Below are positions 13,358 to 23,118 of a stretch of DNA of 64,000 nt, in pieces. The notes under the pieces were generated by a model. It saw only the letters and a program-made list of their open reading frames with translations, searched no databases and was not told the origin of the DNA. Numbering within the stretch: position 1 is the stretch's first letter; each line of letters begins with the position of its first letter. The stretch comes from Orbicella franksi (taxonomy: Eukaryota): contig OZ116707.1 of assembly GCA_964199315.1 (NCBI GenBank), forward strand, positions 1,364,001 to 1,428,000. Direction: 5' to 3'. The position numbers and the translations under genes were made by a program.

Positions 13358-14161
13358 CCAGATTGTGTCCAGGTTAATCCGCTGGTGTAGGGTGCGTCTG
13401 GGTAGTATTCGGGTGACCAAAATCGTGTCATACGAATGTTCGTGACGGTGACTTCGTTTCTGTCAAAAGCGTACCTTCGTCCTTCCCGTTCGTAGTCGGC
13501 AATGTGAGTGAAATGTTCTCGGTGCACGACTTCTTGCAGGCAGGGATACACAGCGCCGGGAATGAGTCTGTTGACCAACCGGTAAAATGTTTTTCTGACT
13601 TCTGGGGTGGGTTCGTTGGGGGTGTTGACGGAGGCGTGAATGAACATGGGGTTTCTACCATCGGGTGAAGTGGAGATGAACCAATCCAGTTGGACCCAGA
13701 AGATGTACCAAACAAGAGGATCAATGGGAAAAGGCAGACTGTCCCAGGAGCTGGTCCCTTCTTGGTGAAGGGTGTGAGCCGTGGCGCTGGCTCGTGTATC
13801 ACTGATGGCGTTTCGGGCACGTTCCAAGGGTGTGAGACCTACAAGTTCGTGAGGTGGCACCTAAATCGGGTGATTGTCGGGACTGGCATTCAACTGTTCG
13901 TTGGCTCGGAGATCATCGTCATCATCTACGCTGACGGTGTCGTTACTATCCTCGGGGCAGGGATGTCGACAATGACCACATTGGAAGCTTCATTCGTTGG
14001 CCTTTTTGAAGGAGCGTTTGTAGAAATTTTCCGCAACAGGGCATGACGTGACGTGTGACGGATTGGATGTCTAATTCCAATAAACAGATGAAACAGGCAT
14101 CTTTGAACGGGGAGAGTTCGGGTCCCATACCTTGTAATCGTAGACTTTGCCTGGAAGCCAT
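13351..14161 (-). pseudogene. RING-finger protein with acidic tract, reconstructed across one frameshift, one TGA and one TAG
   Basis: Reconstruction: MASRQ...CFICLLELDIQSVTRHVMPCCGKFL[fs]KRSFKKANE*SFQCGHCRHPCPEDSNDTVSVDDDDD...HPI*VPPHEL...SGL; the last part is in frame with ORF 13351-13860. Confidence 0.7.
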
Positions 14162-14352
14162 GATGGAAAATTACAGCATGTGCTCTGGCTCGCTTCTTTT
14201 AAATAGGAGCGGGTCATGTGATTTTTTTGTGTGCCCGGTAGAGGGGGGATGGGGGGTATCCCCCTCTGGTGATGTCATGAGAAAGAAGGGTGTTGATTGG
14301 TGGAGGTGTGGATTAAAATAGGAGGGCGTGCGATTCTTGGTTTTGTTTCAAA

Positions 14353-14661
14353 ATGCCTATTACGCGAGGTTTCCTGACTATTGTGGCGGAGGTGGATATG
14401 ACGTTGGAGCAGCTGAGTGATGAGTGGGAACGCGTGCAGTCTAAGAGGCGACGCGCTAGGACTGCGGAGGCGCAGGAATTATTGAAGAGAAAGTCGAGGT
14501 TAATCCTGAGGGTGATCCTGAGGTTTCAGAAGTGTCGAGGGGAATTGATCCGTATTGACGAAGAGTATGGGAACAGTGTGGAGAGACAGAGGGTCAAAGA
14601 AAAAATGGAAGTGCGACTGTCGGACATGGAGCAATTATTTGCTTACTTCAGTAAATTTTGA
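14353..14661 (+). CDS. Hypothetical coiled-coil/basic protein (102 aa)
   Basis: ATG-started ORF downstream of a TATA-like sequence; charged helical composition; no family recognised. Confidence 0.65.
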   Translation: MPITRGFLTIVAEVDMTLEQLSDEWERVQSKRRRARTAEAQELLKRKSRLILRVILRFQKCRGELIRIDEEYGNSVERQRVKEKMEVRLSDMEQLFAYFSKF

Positions 14662-14685
14662 AAGAGACAATTTGTAAAAAACTTT

Positions 14686-15255
14686 TTATTGAACAATGTT
14701 TGTCAACCAAAACCAGAAAGCGTGACATTCTGTGACTGGACAATGATGGATACTCTCGTCTTGATGAAAACCGCAGCTAGGTAATAAACGTTCATTTGAA
14801 ATGATGTGTCTGAGTTTGTCGTATTTGGGACAACCCAATGTTTCTAGATCGAGCGAAGGAATGTTCAGTGTCTTTAACAAATCTTTTTCCACGTGTCCTC
14901 CCTTGTACCCCACCACGGTTCTCTGTCCTTGTTTGTACCTGGCGTAGAGGCTCAGGATCAGGTCTTTGAGTTCTTTGGGTTTGTGGTAGTGTTCAGCCTT
15001 GAGGGGTTGATAACTCAATCCGTGAATCTTCTTTGTCACAAAATTCACCGTGCGTTTGTCTTTGTCGCTCAACTCTTTGTAAGGAATGGGGATGCTGAAG
15101 GCGTGTCTTCCATTCTCTCGGTTCCAAGCGTAATAACCCAGTTCTCTGACTTGAAAGGTCTTGTTGATGAAAAAACCTTCTAAATCCAAAATGAAGCAAA
15201 GTTTGTGCTGTAACCCTTCCATGTTTGAAACTGAATGACTGTGTTTTTTATGCAC
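14686..15255 (-). CDS. DnaQ/DEDD-like 3'-5' exonuclease-fold protein (likely start ATG 15222)
   Basis: FILDLEGFF (Exo I D-x-E), HGL, GYKGGHVEKDLL, C-terminal CGFH...HHC; minus-strand AATAAA beside the stop. Confidence 0.55.
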   Translation of the reverse strand: MHKKHSHSVSNMEGLQHKLCFILDLEGFFINKTFQVRELGYYAWNRENGRHAFSIPIPYKELSDKDKRTVNFVTKKIHGLSYQPLKAEHYHKPKELKDLILSLYARYKQGQRTVVGYKGGHVEKDLLKTLNIPSLDLETLGCPKYDKLRHIISNERLLPSCGFHQDESIHHCPVTECHAFWFWLTNIVQ

Positions 15256-15475
15256 TGTCTTTTATGGGTGGAGGCAAACCTCTTCGTTCCAGGTACAAAC
15301 GTTCTTTGGGGGTGAATTCGTCGTAGAGGTACTGGTCGTGAAATTGTTGGGGTGTGTTCTCTCGGAGTAGTCGGTCTAGGTTGAACTTGGTCCGCGGGCT
15401 CAAATCAGGTCGATCCCAGTTCCCTTCGAAGGGACCCAGAGCCTCTGCACTGGGTTGAAGGGAGTGGGGTTCCAC
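15248..15475 (-). CDS. Hypothetical protein (75 aa)
   Basis: ATG ORF packed tightly between neighbouring minus-strand genes. Confidence 0.55.
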   Translation of the reverse strand: MEPHSLQPSAEALGPFEGNWDRPDLSPRTKFNLDRLLRENTPQQFHDQYLYDEFTPKERLYLERRGLPPPIKDSA

Positions 15476-15484
15476 CCAAACTTT

Positions 15485-15889
15485 TCAACCCTCTTCTAAC
15501 CAGAATCTGACCTTGCTTTGGGGGTATTCATCGGCCCATTGAAAGAGGTCGCATTGGTGCTTGGCACACCTGAAGTAAAACTTGCCCGGGTTCTTTTCTG
15601 ATCTAGACATGCTCATGATGAGAGGTCTTTGGCAATAGCATTTCATTTTTTCCACGGGTAATTGGACATAGTAGTCGTTCAGCATACGTTGGCCGGAAGT
15701 CACATAACATTGGATGTTGTCAACGCCTGCACAGGCAAAACATTCGGGCACAGGACATTTGTAATAGGACCAACGCCCGTAGGCCGTGGTCGTCTCATGC
15801 TTCTTTAATTCTTGCTTGGGGTGTCTAGGGCAAGGAAGGGTGTGGGGTGGTGAAGGGTTCCTGTAGGGTGTTTTCCATTCTTGTTTCAT
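15485..15889 (-). CDS. GRF-type zinc-finger protein with an additional N-terminal Cys/His cluster
   Basis: CYCQRPLIMSMSRSEKNPGKFYFRCAKHQCDLFQWAD matches the zf-GRF pattern (C-x-C...S...N-x-G-[RK]-x-FY-x-C...C-x-[FL]F-x-W-x-D). Confidence 0.8.
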   Translation of the reverse strand: MKQEWKTPYRNPSPPHTLPCPRHPKQELKKHETTTAYGRWSYYKCPVPECFACAGVDNIQCYVTSGQRMLNDYYVQLPVEKMKCYCQRPLIMSMSRSEKNPGKFYFRCAKHQCDLFQWADEYPQSKVRFWLEEG

Positions 15890-16419
15890 ACCGTTGAGGA
15901 AAGCATCGGGATCGAATTCGTTTGGCTTGACGTAATCTTTAACTTCCCAGAAGGTGTGGATGGCGGGGAGTTTGTCTGCATCTGAGAAACAGAGGACAAG
16001 TTATTTTCTTTTTCTAACCGTTCGAGTATACGCATACGTCTAGGACCAAAAGGGCGTCGTTGGTGTTGAAGTTTGAGGATGAGTTTTTGTTCTTGACGTT
16101 TTAAAGCGAAGTCACTGTTTCTTAAGGGATAATCGTCTTCACAGGTTAATTCTAGTTCTTGCATGGAGTAGTGACTTTTATCCTGAATGAGTTTGACCGT
16201 GACTTTAGCATGGAAATGAACTCGTTTACCTGGTTCCTGTTTGAGTTTCTTGTTCTTCTTCTTTTTGTCCGTTTTCTTTCTCTTCTTGGTACTAAGGGGA
16301 TAGTTGGCGGGCGAATGAGGATTGAGACTATAATCTACCAAACCTTTACCCTCTTCCTCCTGGTCTGGTAACCTATAGCGCGTGGAGGATTCCTCTGGAC
16401 TGGCTGGCGGTGGCTCCAT
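15886..16419 (-). CDS. Hypothetical Lys-rich protein with NLS-like tract (177 aa)
   Basis: KKRKKTDKKKKNKKLK; minus-strand CTATAAATA and CCAAT-type boxes upstream (about 16445-16500). Confidence 0.6.
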   Translation of the reverse strand: MEPPPASPEESSTRYRLPDQEEEGKGLVDYSLNPHSPANYPLSTKKRKKTDKKKKNKKLKQEPGKRVHFHAKVTVKLIQDKSHYSMQELELTCEDDYPLRNSDFALKRQEQKLILKLQHQRRPFGPRRMRILERLEKENNLSSVSQMQTNSPPSTPSGKLKITSSQTNSIPMLSSTV

Positions 16420-16641
16420 TTGCTTCCGATGCCTAATCGCGACTGATTGGAAATCAAAGGCTGTCCTTGTATTTATAGGGTTCTACTTTCGACCAATCAA
16501 CAGTCAGTACTTTACCATAACGTGGTCCGTACTTTTCCCATCATGTGCGCAGTACGTTTCCATCACGAAAGTGATTTTACTTGATTGACGTGTCTAGGTG
16601 TATAAAAAACGCGCTTTGCTGTTGGGAGTTCACTTGACACG

Positions 16642-17052
16642 ATGGATTGCGGCGAAGAGACTCCCCTGGTTGAGCACAAGACCACCTTGAAGAGAAGGAG
16701 GAAAATGAAGCCACCTACCAAGCAGCAAATCCCTGTTGTCAATATGGAGGTGGAAGACGAAAAAGAAGACCCTGATGCTTTGATTTTGTTGATCAAAAAG
16801 ACCATTGATACCATCATGTTAGAGGAAACTGTTGAAACAGGGAAGAAGATGGATAAGTACCGAGGCGTCTTGTCTGGGGGCATTTTGAAAGTGGCAGAGA
16901 AGATGGATGCCGCGGGAAGTCGCGTGGATTTGCTTAAGTTGGTGGATGCCATGCGAGTAGGTCGGAAAGAGTGGAAGACCAGTGGGGAGGAGAAAGCGAC
17001 CCTTGACACCTTCATGAGAGCCATGGACAATGAACAATGGTTCACCTCGTGA
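16642..17052 (+). CDS. Hypothetical protein (136 aa)
   Basis: ATG ORF 41 nt after TATAAAAAACG (16601). Confidence 0.65.
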   Translation: MDCGEETPLVEHKTTLKRRRKMKPPTKQQIPVVNMEVEDEKEDPDALILLIKKTIDTIMLEETVETGKKMDKYRGVLSGGILKVAEKMDAAGSRVDLLKLVDAMRVGRKEWKTSGEEKATLDTFMRAMDNEQWFTS

Positions 17053-17158
17053 TTCAGTACTTTTACTTTGGGTGGTGTGTTGCGCTATCAACCAATGAAC
17101 GTCTGGCGTTTTTTACTATAAAACATTGCGTTGCGGTTCTTTTCTCATTTGATTCGAG

Positions 17159-17755
17159 ATGTTGACCGTGTTGTACAGTAACAGCAACGAGATCGTTGAA
17201 TTGATCGAGTCGGTGTGCAGCTTTCAGGTGTCGCCTTTGGGTTGCATCGATGAAGAGGAAGGGGTCCATGATATGTTGGTGTTTGACATTTTGTTTTACG
17301 GCAAACCCGAGCACGAGTGGACCATTCCTGAACTCCTCCGTCGACGTCCTGAATGGGGATGGCAGATTCTACCTTTACTGAAATCTCAAGTGTGTCGAAC
17401 CTTTCTATTCACCATCGATTGGTACTCCATGGTCTACATCAAGGAATTGAATGTCATCCGTTTTGTGCCAGCTATCGTTCCGCCAGTCTGAATGAAGAAC
17501 CGATTCTGTCTGATGGCCACGTCTTGTTTGACCTTCATGATGAGACAGAAGATCAAGAAGATGGTGGAGCCCCTGACTTATGCCCGAGATATCTCTGTGA
17601 GACTGAGCGACAAACTGAACCGCCCGATTTCATTGGGGACTCCCGCGTATTTCAGAGAACTGACTGAAAAGATGGAGGACTTGCTAGTGGAACTGATGAC
17701 GGAGAGAGACCTTGTAAATAGTTTGAATCACTGTTTGATGAACGAGGATGACTAA
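17159..17755 (+). CDS. Two abutting small hypothetical ORFs (17159-17491; 17492-17755)
   Basis: Co-oriented ATG ORFs; the stop of the first abuts the start of the second; no family recognised. Confidence 0.5.
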
Positions 17756-17822
17756 ATGGTGTAGTGGTCAGTGCGTTGGGCTCATAACCCAAAGGTCCCA
17801 GGTTCGAATCCTGGCTTAGTCC
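17750..17822 (+). tRNA. tRNA-Met(CAT)-like gene inside the Polinton
   Basis: Cloverleaf: acceptor GACTAAA/CTTAGTC (6 of 7 paired), D stem GTGT/GTGC (mostly G:U), anticodon stem TTGGG/CCCAA with loop CTCATAA, variable AGGTC, T arm CCAGG-TTCGAAT-CCTGG; A and B boxes; T6 terminator 17823-17828. Confidence 0.88.
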
Positions 17823-17873
17823 TTTTTTGTATAAAAAACGGTGATGTGAAAATAAAAAATCATTTTTGTCAGT

Positions 17874-18137
17874 ATGGCTAGTGCGTGGTATAGTCTGTGC
17901 GAGCGCTGCGAGCTTCTATATGCCCAGTATGAAAGGAAAGATCCCATTCCCTCGTTGATGGTGTCTGACCCCGAACGGGTGTTTTTGGAGACGCATGTCG
18001 CAGAGAACGTCTGGCGTTTCGTGGTCTTCATATTGTGGTTGAAACGACAACCCCAGTCAATCGTCTGGTACTCTATCATAAGACGAGAACACCCCGAGCT
18101 GATTAGACAAGCTCTGTGCCGATTGTCGACATTATGA
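17874..18137 (+). CDS. Hypothetical protein (87 aa)
   Basis: ATG ORF 44 nt after TATAAAAAACG (17830); overlaps the integrase start. Confidence 0.6.
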   Translation: MASAWYSLCERCELLYAQYERKDPIPSLMVSDPERVFLETHVAENVWRFVVFILWLKRQPQSIVWYSIIRREHPELIRQALCRLSTL

Positions 18138-19216
18138 GTAAGAAAAAGAAGAAGGTGGATCGGTATGCCAATTTGGTGCAGGCCTACGAGGATCCCAGCG
18201 TCCCGGGAAGTCTGGGTGGTGTGACGCGTTTCGCCAAAGCCCGTGGCTTACCCATTGGAGCGGTACGCCAGCGGTTGGAAGCCAGTTTGGGCTACACGCT
18301 TCACAAACCCACCCGTCGTCGTTTTCGTACGGTACCGGTCATGGTCTACGGTATGGACGAACAATGGGTGGCGGATCTCATCGAAGTGGGGAACATTGCC
18401 AAATCGAATCGAGGGTACAAGTAGCTGTTGACGGTGTTGGACGTGTTGTCCAAGTACGCTTGGGTGGAACCGGTCAAGTCCAAGACTGGCAAGGACGTGA
18501 CGGCAGCCTTCGAGAAAATTTTGAAACACAGTGGTGGTAGGATACCTCGCAAGTTGCAAACCGATGACGGGAAAGAATTTTACAACAGGACCTTTCAAGC
18601 CTTGATGACGCGAAAAGACATTCGTCATTTTTCCACCAGCGGCGATACCAAAGCCAGTGTGATCGAACGATTCAATCGCACTTTGAAGAAACGCATGTAC
18701 CGATATTTTACGATCAAGAACACGTTCAGTTATTTACCCGTCTTGAAGGATTTGGTGTTGGGATACAATCGTTCCTACCACCGCAGTATCAAGATGGCGC
18801 CCGAGAAAGTCGACCTGGGGAACGAAGAGCAGGTGTGGAAGACGCTGTACGCGGATCGACTGCAAGCCAAACGCGTGCCGCCCAAGTTGAAAGTGGGGGA
18901 TCGGGTGCGATTGAATAAGAAATACCGCCTGTTCAAGAAAGGGTATTTACCAGGTTGGACCGAAGAAGTGTTTGTGGTGGCTCGTGTGGTGCCGGGTGTG
19001 ATTCCTACCTATAAGATCAAGGAGTGGGACGGAACACCATTGAGTGGCACGTTTTACGCTCAGGATTTGCAGAAAGTGATGGTGAAGAGCGACGATCTTT
19101 TTCGCGTGGAAAAGATCGTCAAACGCAAAGGGAATAAAGTCTTGGTTCGGTGGAAAGGTTGGCCAAACAAATACAACACGTGGATTGAGAAAGGAGCATT
19201 GGTCAAGGCGAGATGA
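18116..19216 (+). pseudogene. Retroviral-type (rve) DDE integrase with C-terminal chromodomain; one in-frame TAG at 18422-18424
   Basis: QWVADL, NRGYK*LLTVLDVLSKYAW (consensus Tyr at the stop), LQTDDGKEF, SVIERFNRTLK, KVGDRVR, FRVEKIVKRK...VLVRWKGWP...NTWI. Confidence 0.95.
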
Positions 19217-20328
19217 AAGAGTTTTATGTGCAATTGATCAGCAGTTCCAGTACCACGGAATTCCCCTCCAATCAAGCCAACAGTTTCAAGAACCATTTGC
19301 CTTACCAGATCCAATTGAAAGAAGAAGGATGGAAAGTGGGTTTGAGTGCTTTCTCTTACCCACCCCCACCCTTGCGACCTCATCAATCACGACCTCACCG
19401 ACCCCACCTCTTCGAAGATGATGACACCCTGTTAGAATTCGATTGGACCATGGAAACCTTCCGTCTTAGTTCCAATGGTATCTGGTTTCCACTTGTCTAC
19501 CGCAATGAATTTTACATCAAGGGTTCCGACCTGCACAAGGACCAGGTCAAAGTCACGAGTGGGAAATCGCTCATGCGATACTTGGTCAATCGTTTGCAAC
19601 ATCGTCTGACTGAGTACATGGAACGTGGCAATGAAAGTCTACGAGCTCCCGACGGTAAAAAATACTACCCTGTGTTTCGTTGGGAAGGGGATTCTTTGAT
19701 TATCGACAACACCGATACGTTCCTCAATCAAAAACCGAATGAAAATAGATTGCGTCCCAAAGTGTGGTTTGGTCCTGAATTGGTCAAGAAACTGAAGTGG
19801 GTGGAAAAGACTGGACTTGCCGATTACAAATTGACCAATCACGTAGTGAAACTCTTCAAAGACGACAAAGTGCCCAATGATTTCAAACTCGATTGGCAGG
19901 ATCAACACAATGCGCATTCCACGAATTTTTGGAACATCAGAGACGATGGCTCCTTACAGCTCAGTTCTTATTGCAATTGGCGTTTCGACTACCTGGACGA
20001 GCTCTATGAGCAGAGCTATGGTGGCAGCATGACCGTCAGTGAGACGCTTCGTACGCCCATGTATGTCTATTGCAATGTGGCGCAAAGTACCGTCATGGGG
20101 AATCAAGTCACCGATCTCTTGAGAGAAGTGCCGCACGATCAGAACACAATGACCTTTGAACCTGCCCACATACAATATCTACCGGTGCGCAGCGACGTGT
20201 TTAACATTATCGAGACGCAAGTGGCCGAGAACGACGGAGCATTGGTGAAATTTCCTTCGGGAGTGACGACTGTCACCTTGCATTTTAAACATGACGGATT
20301 TTTACGTGAGTCTACCGAGCCACAGTAG
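19213..20328 (+). CDS. Minor capsid protein (penton) 1
   Basis: N-terminal FYVQLISSSSTTEFPSNQANSFKNHL...WKVGL; C-terminal MYVYCNVAQSTVMGNQVTDLLREV...YLPVRSDVFNIIETQV...TTVTLHFK. Confidence 0.85.
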   Translation: MKEFYVQLISSSSTTEFPSNQANSFKNHLPYQIQLKEEGWKVGLSAFSYPPPPLRPHQSRPHRPHLFEDDDTLLEFDWTMETFRLSSNGIWFPLVYRNEFYIKGSDLHKDQVKVTSGKSLMRYLVNRLQHRLTEYMERGNESLRAPDGKKYYPVFRWEGDSLIIDNTDTFLNQKPNENRLRPKVWFGPELVKKLKWVEKTGLADYKLTNHVVKLFKDDKVPNDFKLDWQDQHNAHSTNFWNIRDDGSLQLSSYCNWRFDYLDELYEQSYGGSMTVSETLRTPMYVYCNVAQSTVMGNQVTDLLREVPHDQNTMTFEPAHIQYLPVRSDVFNIIETQVAENDGALVKFPSGVTTVTLHFKHDGFLRESTEPQ

Positions 20329-21311
20329 CAAGACCGAGTATCCCGAGAAAAAATCCAACCATTTCAAGATTCGTCTCCCTCATCCTTTGAAAATGGAAGG
20401 CGCCAATTGGAAAGTGGGACTCAGTAGTATCTCGTTACCAGACCCCAAGAGTCAAGTGCCTCCCTTGTTGCAAGGGGACGATGTGATGTTTGAAGGCTAT
20501 TGGTATGTGAAAGACACCGTGCAATTGAACAACCGGAACAATGCAGATGGTGCGGATTTCAAGCCCGAACACCTTCGTACGGGTGATTTGTCCAATCTGA
20601 CGGGTGTGGAATTCATGAAGACCGTCAAGACTTTTTGACACCAGTGTGATAGAAAAGAGGCTTTGAGCGGGTTACCTCTTGGATGAAACCACCAAGAAAA
20701 GTAATCTCTTGAATTTCCGATTTGAAGACGACGATTTTGTCTTCGACAACACGAATATCAACCTGAGGCTCTTCAATGGTAAACATTACCCCCAATTCTA
20801 TGTCAACCTTGAACTGGGCCTCGACATGGGATGGTTCAAGATGAGTGGTAACAATGTGGAGATTGGTCCTAATTTGTCCATGGAACTGAATAACAAAGAA
20901 CTGAAAGTGCCAGCAGCCATCGACATCAGTCCAACTACAGGTGAACCCTATTGGAAATTGACGCCCGACGGAAAGAGAGTTCACTTGACCTCCACCTTTA
21001 ACTGGCGGTTCATCAACCTCAACACCTCGTTAGAGAACGTGACGGGCTCCACCTCGCGTTCGTTGATGATTTATTCAGATGTGGGGACCAGTGGGGTGGT
21101 GGGGAATCAAGTCACGGATCTGTTACGAGAAGTGAATTACCAACGAGAAGGTAAAGGCTTCCAGTATTTTGAACCCCTTCATGTTCAATATATTCCGGTA
21201 CGCAAAGATTACATCGACATTATCGAGACACAAGTCGCGGAGACCACTGGTGAATTGACGAAATTCGGAGCAGGCAATACCATCGTCACGCTACACTTCA
21301 AACAAGAATGA
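20291..21311 (+). pseudogene. Minor capsid protein (penton) 2; frameshift near 20635 and TGA at 20664
   Basis: Same terminal motifs as penton 1 (FYVSLPSHSS..EYP...NHFKIRL...WKVGLSSI; IYSDVGTSGVVGNQVTDLLREV...YIPVRKDYIDIIETQV...VTLHFK). Confidence 0.85.
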
Positions 21312-21559
21312 GAGGTGGTGCTTTGACGCGTTTCAAACCCGACGGTCAAATGGGGCGAGGTTTCTTGCGAGACTTTTCGGGATCCAGTTTACGAGAAGGA
21401 TGGCAAGGTTTAAAAAAGGGTGGACCCCTGGGATTGCCTAACATTGCAGGTGGTATTCGAGGTGTGAAGGCTGGTGGGAGACGAGCCATTAAACGTAAAG
21501 CCTTGAGCAAAATCAACCGAGCCGCCAAACACAAGTTGGACGACATTTTTGGAAAATGA
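21308..21559 (+). CDS. Small basic Gly-rich putative core protein (83 aa)
   Basis: MRGG, QMGRG, amphipathic basic C-terminus; ATGA overlaps at both ends. Confidence 0.7.
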   Translation: MRGGALTRFKPDGQMGRGFLRDFSGSSLREGWQGLKKGGPLGLPNIAGGIRGVKAGGRRAIKRKALSKINRAAKHKLDDIFGK

Positions 21560-21735
21560 ATATGAATCCGATTTATTCGAGACGTGTTCGACGCATTCCT
21601 CCCATCATCAGTGAGTTGACGCGAGGCAGAAGACTACAAAAGGGAGGCGCATTCTTACCCCACCGCAGACGAGGTCTGGACCCCACTTGGGTACGGAGCG
21701 CTCTCAAGAGAAGACATCGACGAGGACCTAAATGA
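21556..21735 (+). CDS. Arg-rich putative core protein (59 aa, absent from the ORF track)
   Basis: MNMNPIYSRRVRRIPPIISELTRGRRLQKGGAFLPHRRRGLDPTWVRSALKRRHRRGPK*; ATGA overlaps with both neighbours. Confidence 0.7.
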   Translation: MNMNPIYSRRVRRIPPIISELTRGRRLQKGGAFLPHRRRGLDPTWVRSALKRRHRRGPK

Positions 21736-23118
21736 CGACCATGATGGACATTACCCCTCTCCCTGGTTCGGCGGGAGTCAAGAACCCCATGTTGAATTTG
21801 TTTCGGGTACTGCCCACGGATCTGAGTATCTCGAGTTATCGGATGGTACCCGTTCATCCTTTCACCACAGGCATCAACCCCATCGATTTTCAGATCGATC
21901 CTCAAGAAGATTACATTGATTTGTCTCGCAGTTACTTCGAACTGGAATGGAAATTGCAGAAAGCAGCAGGAGGTGATGCCGTGGCCGCCGAAAACACCTT
22001 TTTGGTCAACAACATTGTTCACTCCCTCTTCAAACAGATCAGTGTTAGACTCAATGGTACGCTCATCAGTCCTCAGACGGACACCTACCATTACAAAGCG
22101 TACATCGAAACCTTACTGAATTTTGACAGACGATGGAGACACCATCTTGAGACCTCAAGGCTGGTTCAATTTTATCGATGTGCCCGATACTTTGACAGCC
22201 ACTCAACTGAATCTGGCACACAATGATTTCAAAGCGATGCCACCTGAAAGACAAGCCCTGGTGCGTGAACTCAGAGCCCAAGCTACTGGCACTGATAGTC
22301 AGACACGCATTTACAGCTTCGTACCCCACATCGAAGTTTTTCACCTCAGCAAACTCTTGATACCCAATGTGCAGATTGGTATCCAGTTGTACTTCAATTC
22401 ACCGGATGTGTGGATTTGGCAAATGGACGGTGCTGTGACCTTCCGTATCGATTCCAGAGATATCAAAGTGAAATTGTATCTTTGCCAAGTCAGACTCAAC
22501 CCGTCCGTCTACCGAGAATTGATGAATGACATGGGAAGTGGAAGAAACGTGGTCAATTATCCTACGGTCAGAAGCGAGATACGAACCTACATCACGCAAA
22601 ACGAGTTACACTATGAAATCACCAATCCGTTCCAGAACCGGTTACCCAACATGCTAGTGGTGGGATTGGTGGCTTCTACAGCCTTCAACGGCGCCGTCGA
22701 CAAGTATCCCTTCACCTTCCAGCAATTTAATCTGACCAGCATCAAACAATTGGTGAGAGGAGAAGCCTATCCCTACGAAGTCTTGGAATTGCTCCACACC
22801 AATGGAAGCAGAGACATGAGAGGCTACAGACAATTCCTACAAGCCACAGGAAGTTTGTGCAAGAGCAAAGGAAACATGGTGAGAGCCAAAGATTGGGGAC
22901 GAGGTAAAGGATGCACGTTGTTTGTATTTGAGAACGCTGCCAACGGTTGCCTCAACAGTCCAGTGTTGAACCCCAAGCTGAGCGGTGAGTTGCGGTTGGT
23001 GTTCGACTTTGGAGCCGATCAAGGTGCTAACATCACGGCCATCCTCTACGCTGAATTTGAAAATCTCTTGGAGATTAATAGCAACAAGACTGTGCAATAC
23101 GACGTGTACCAAGTGTAA
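21732..23118 (+). pseudogene. Major capsid protein (double jelly-roll, Polinton PY/hexon-like); frameshift near 22128
   Basis: IDLSRSYFELE, NNIVHSLFKQISVRLNG, YHYKAYIETLLNF, FVPHIEVF, RLPNMLVVGLV, PFTFQQF, LFVFE, AILYAEFENLLEI; gac aga cga tgg suggests a 2-nt loss from LLNFDRDDG. Confidence 0.9.

Noticed and set aside
14044-14060. TGACGTGACGTGTGACG as an ATF/CRE promoter cluster
   Set aside because: It lies within the coding region of the reconstructed RING gene (VTRHVM).
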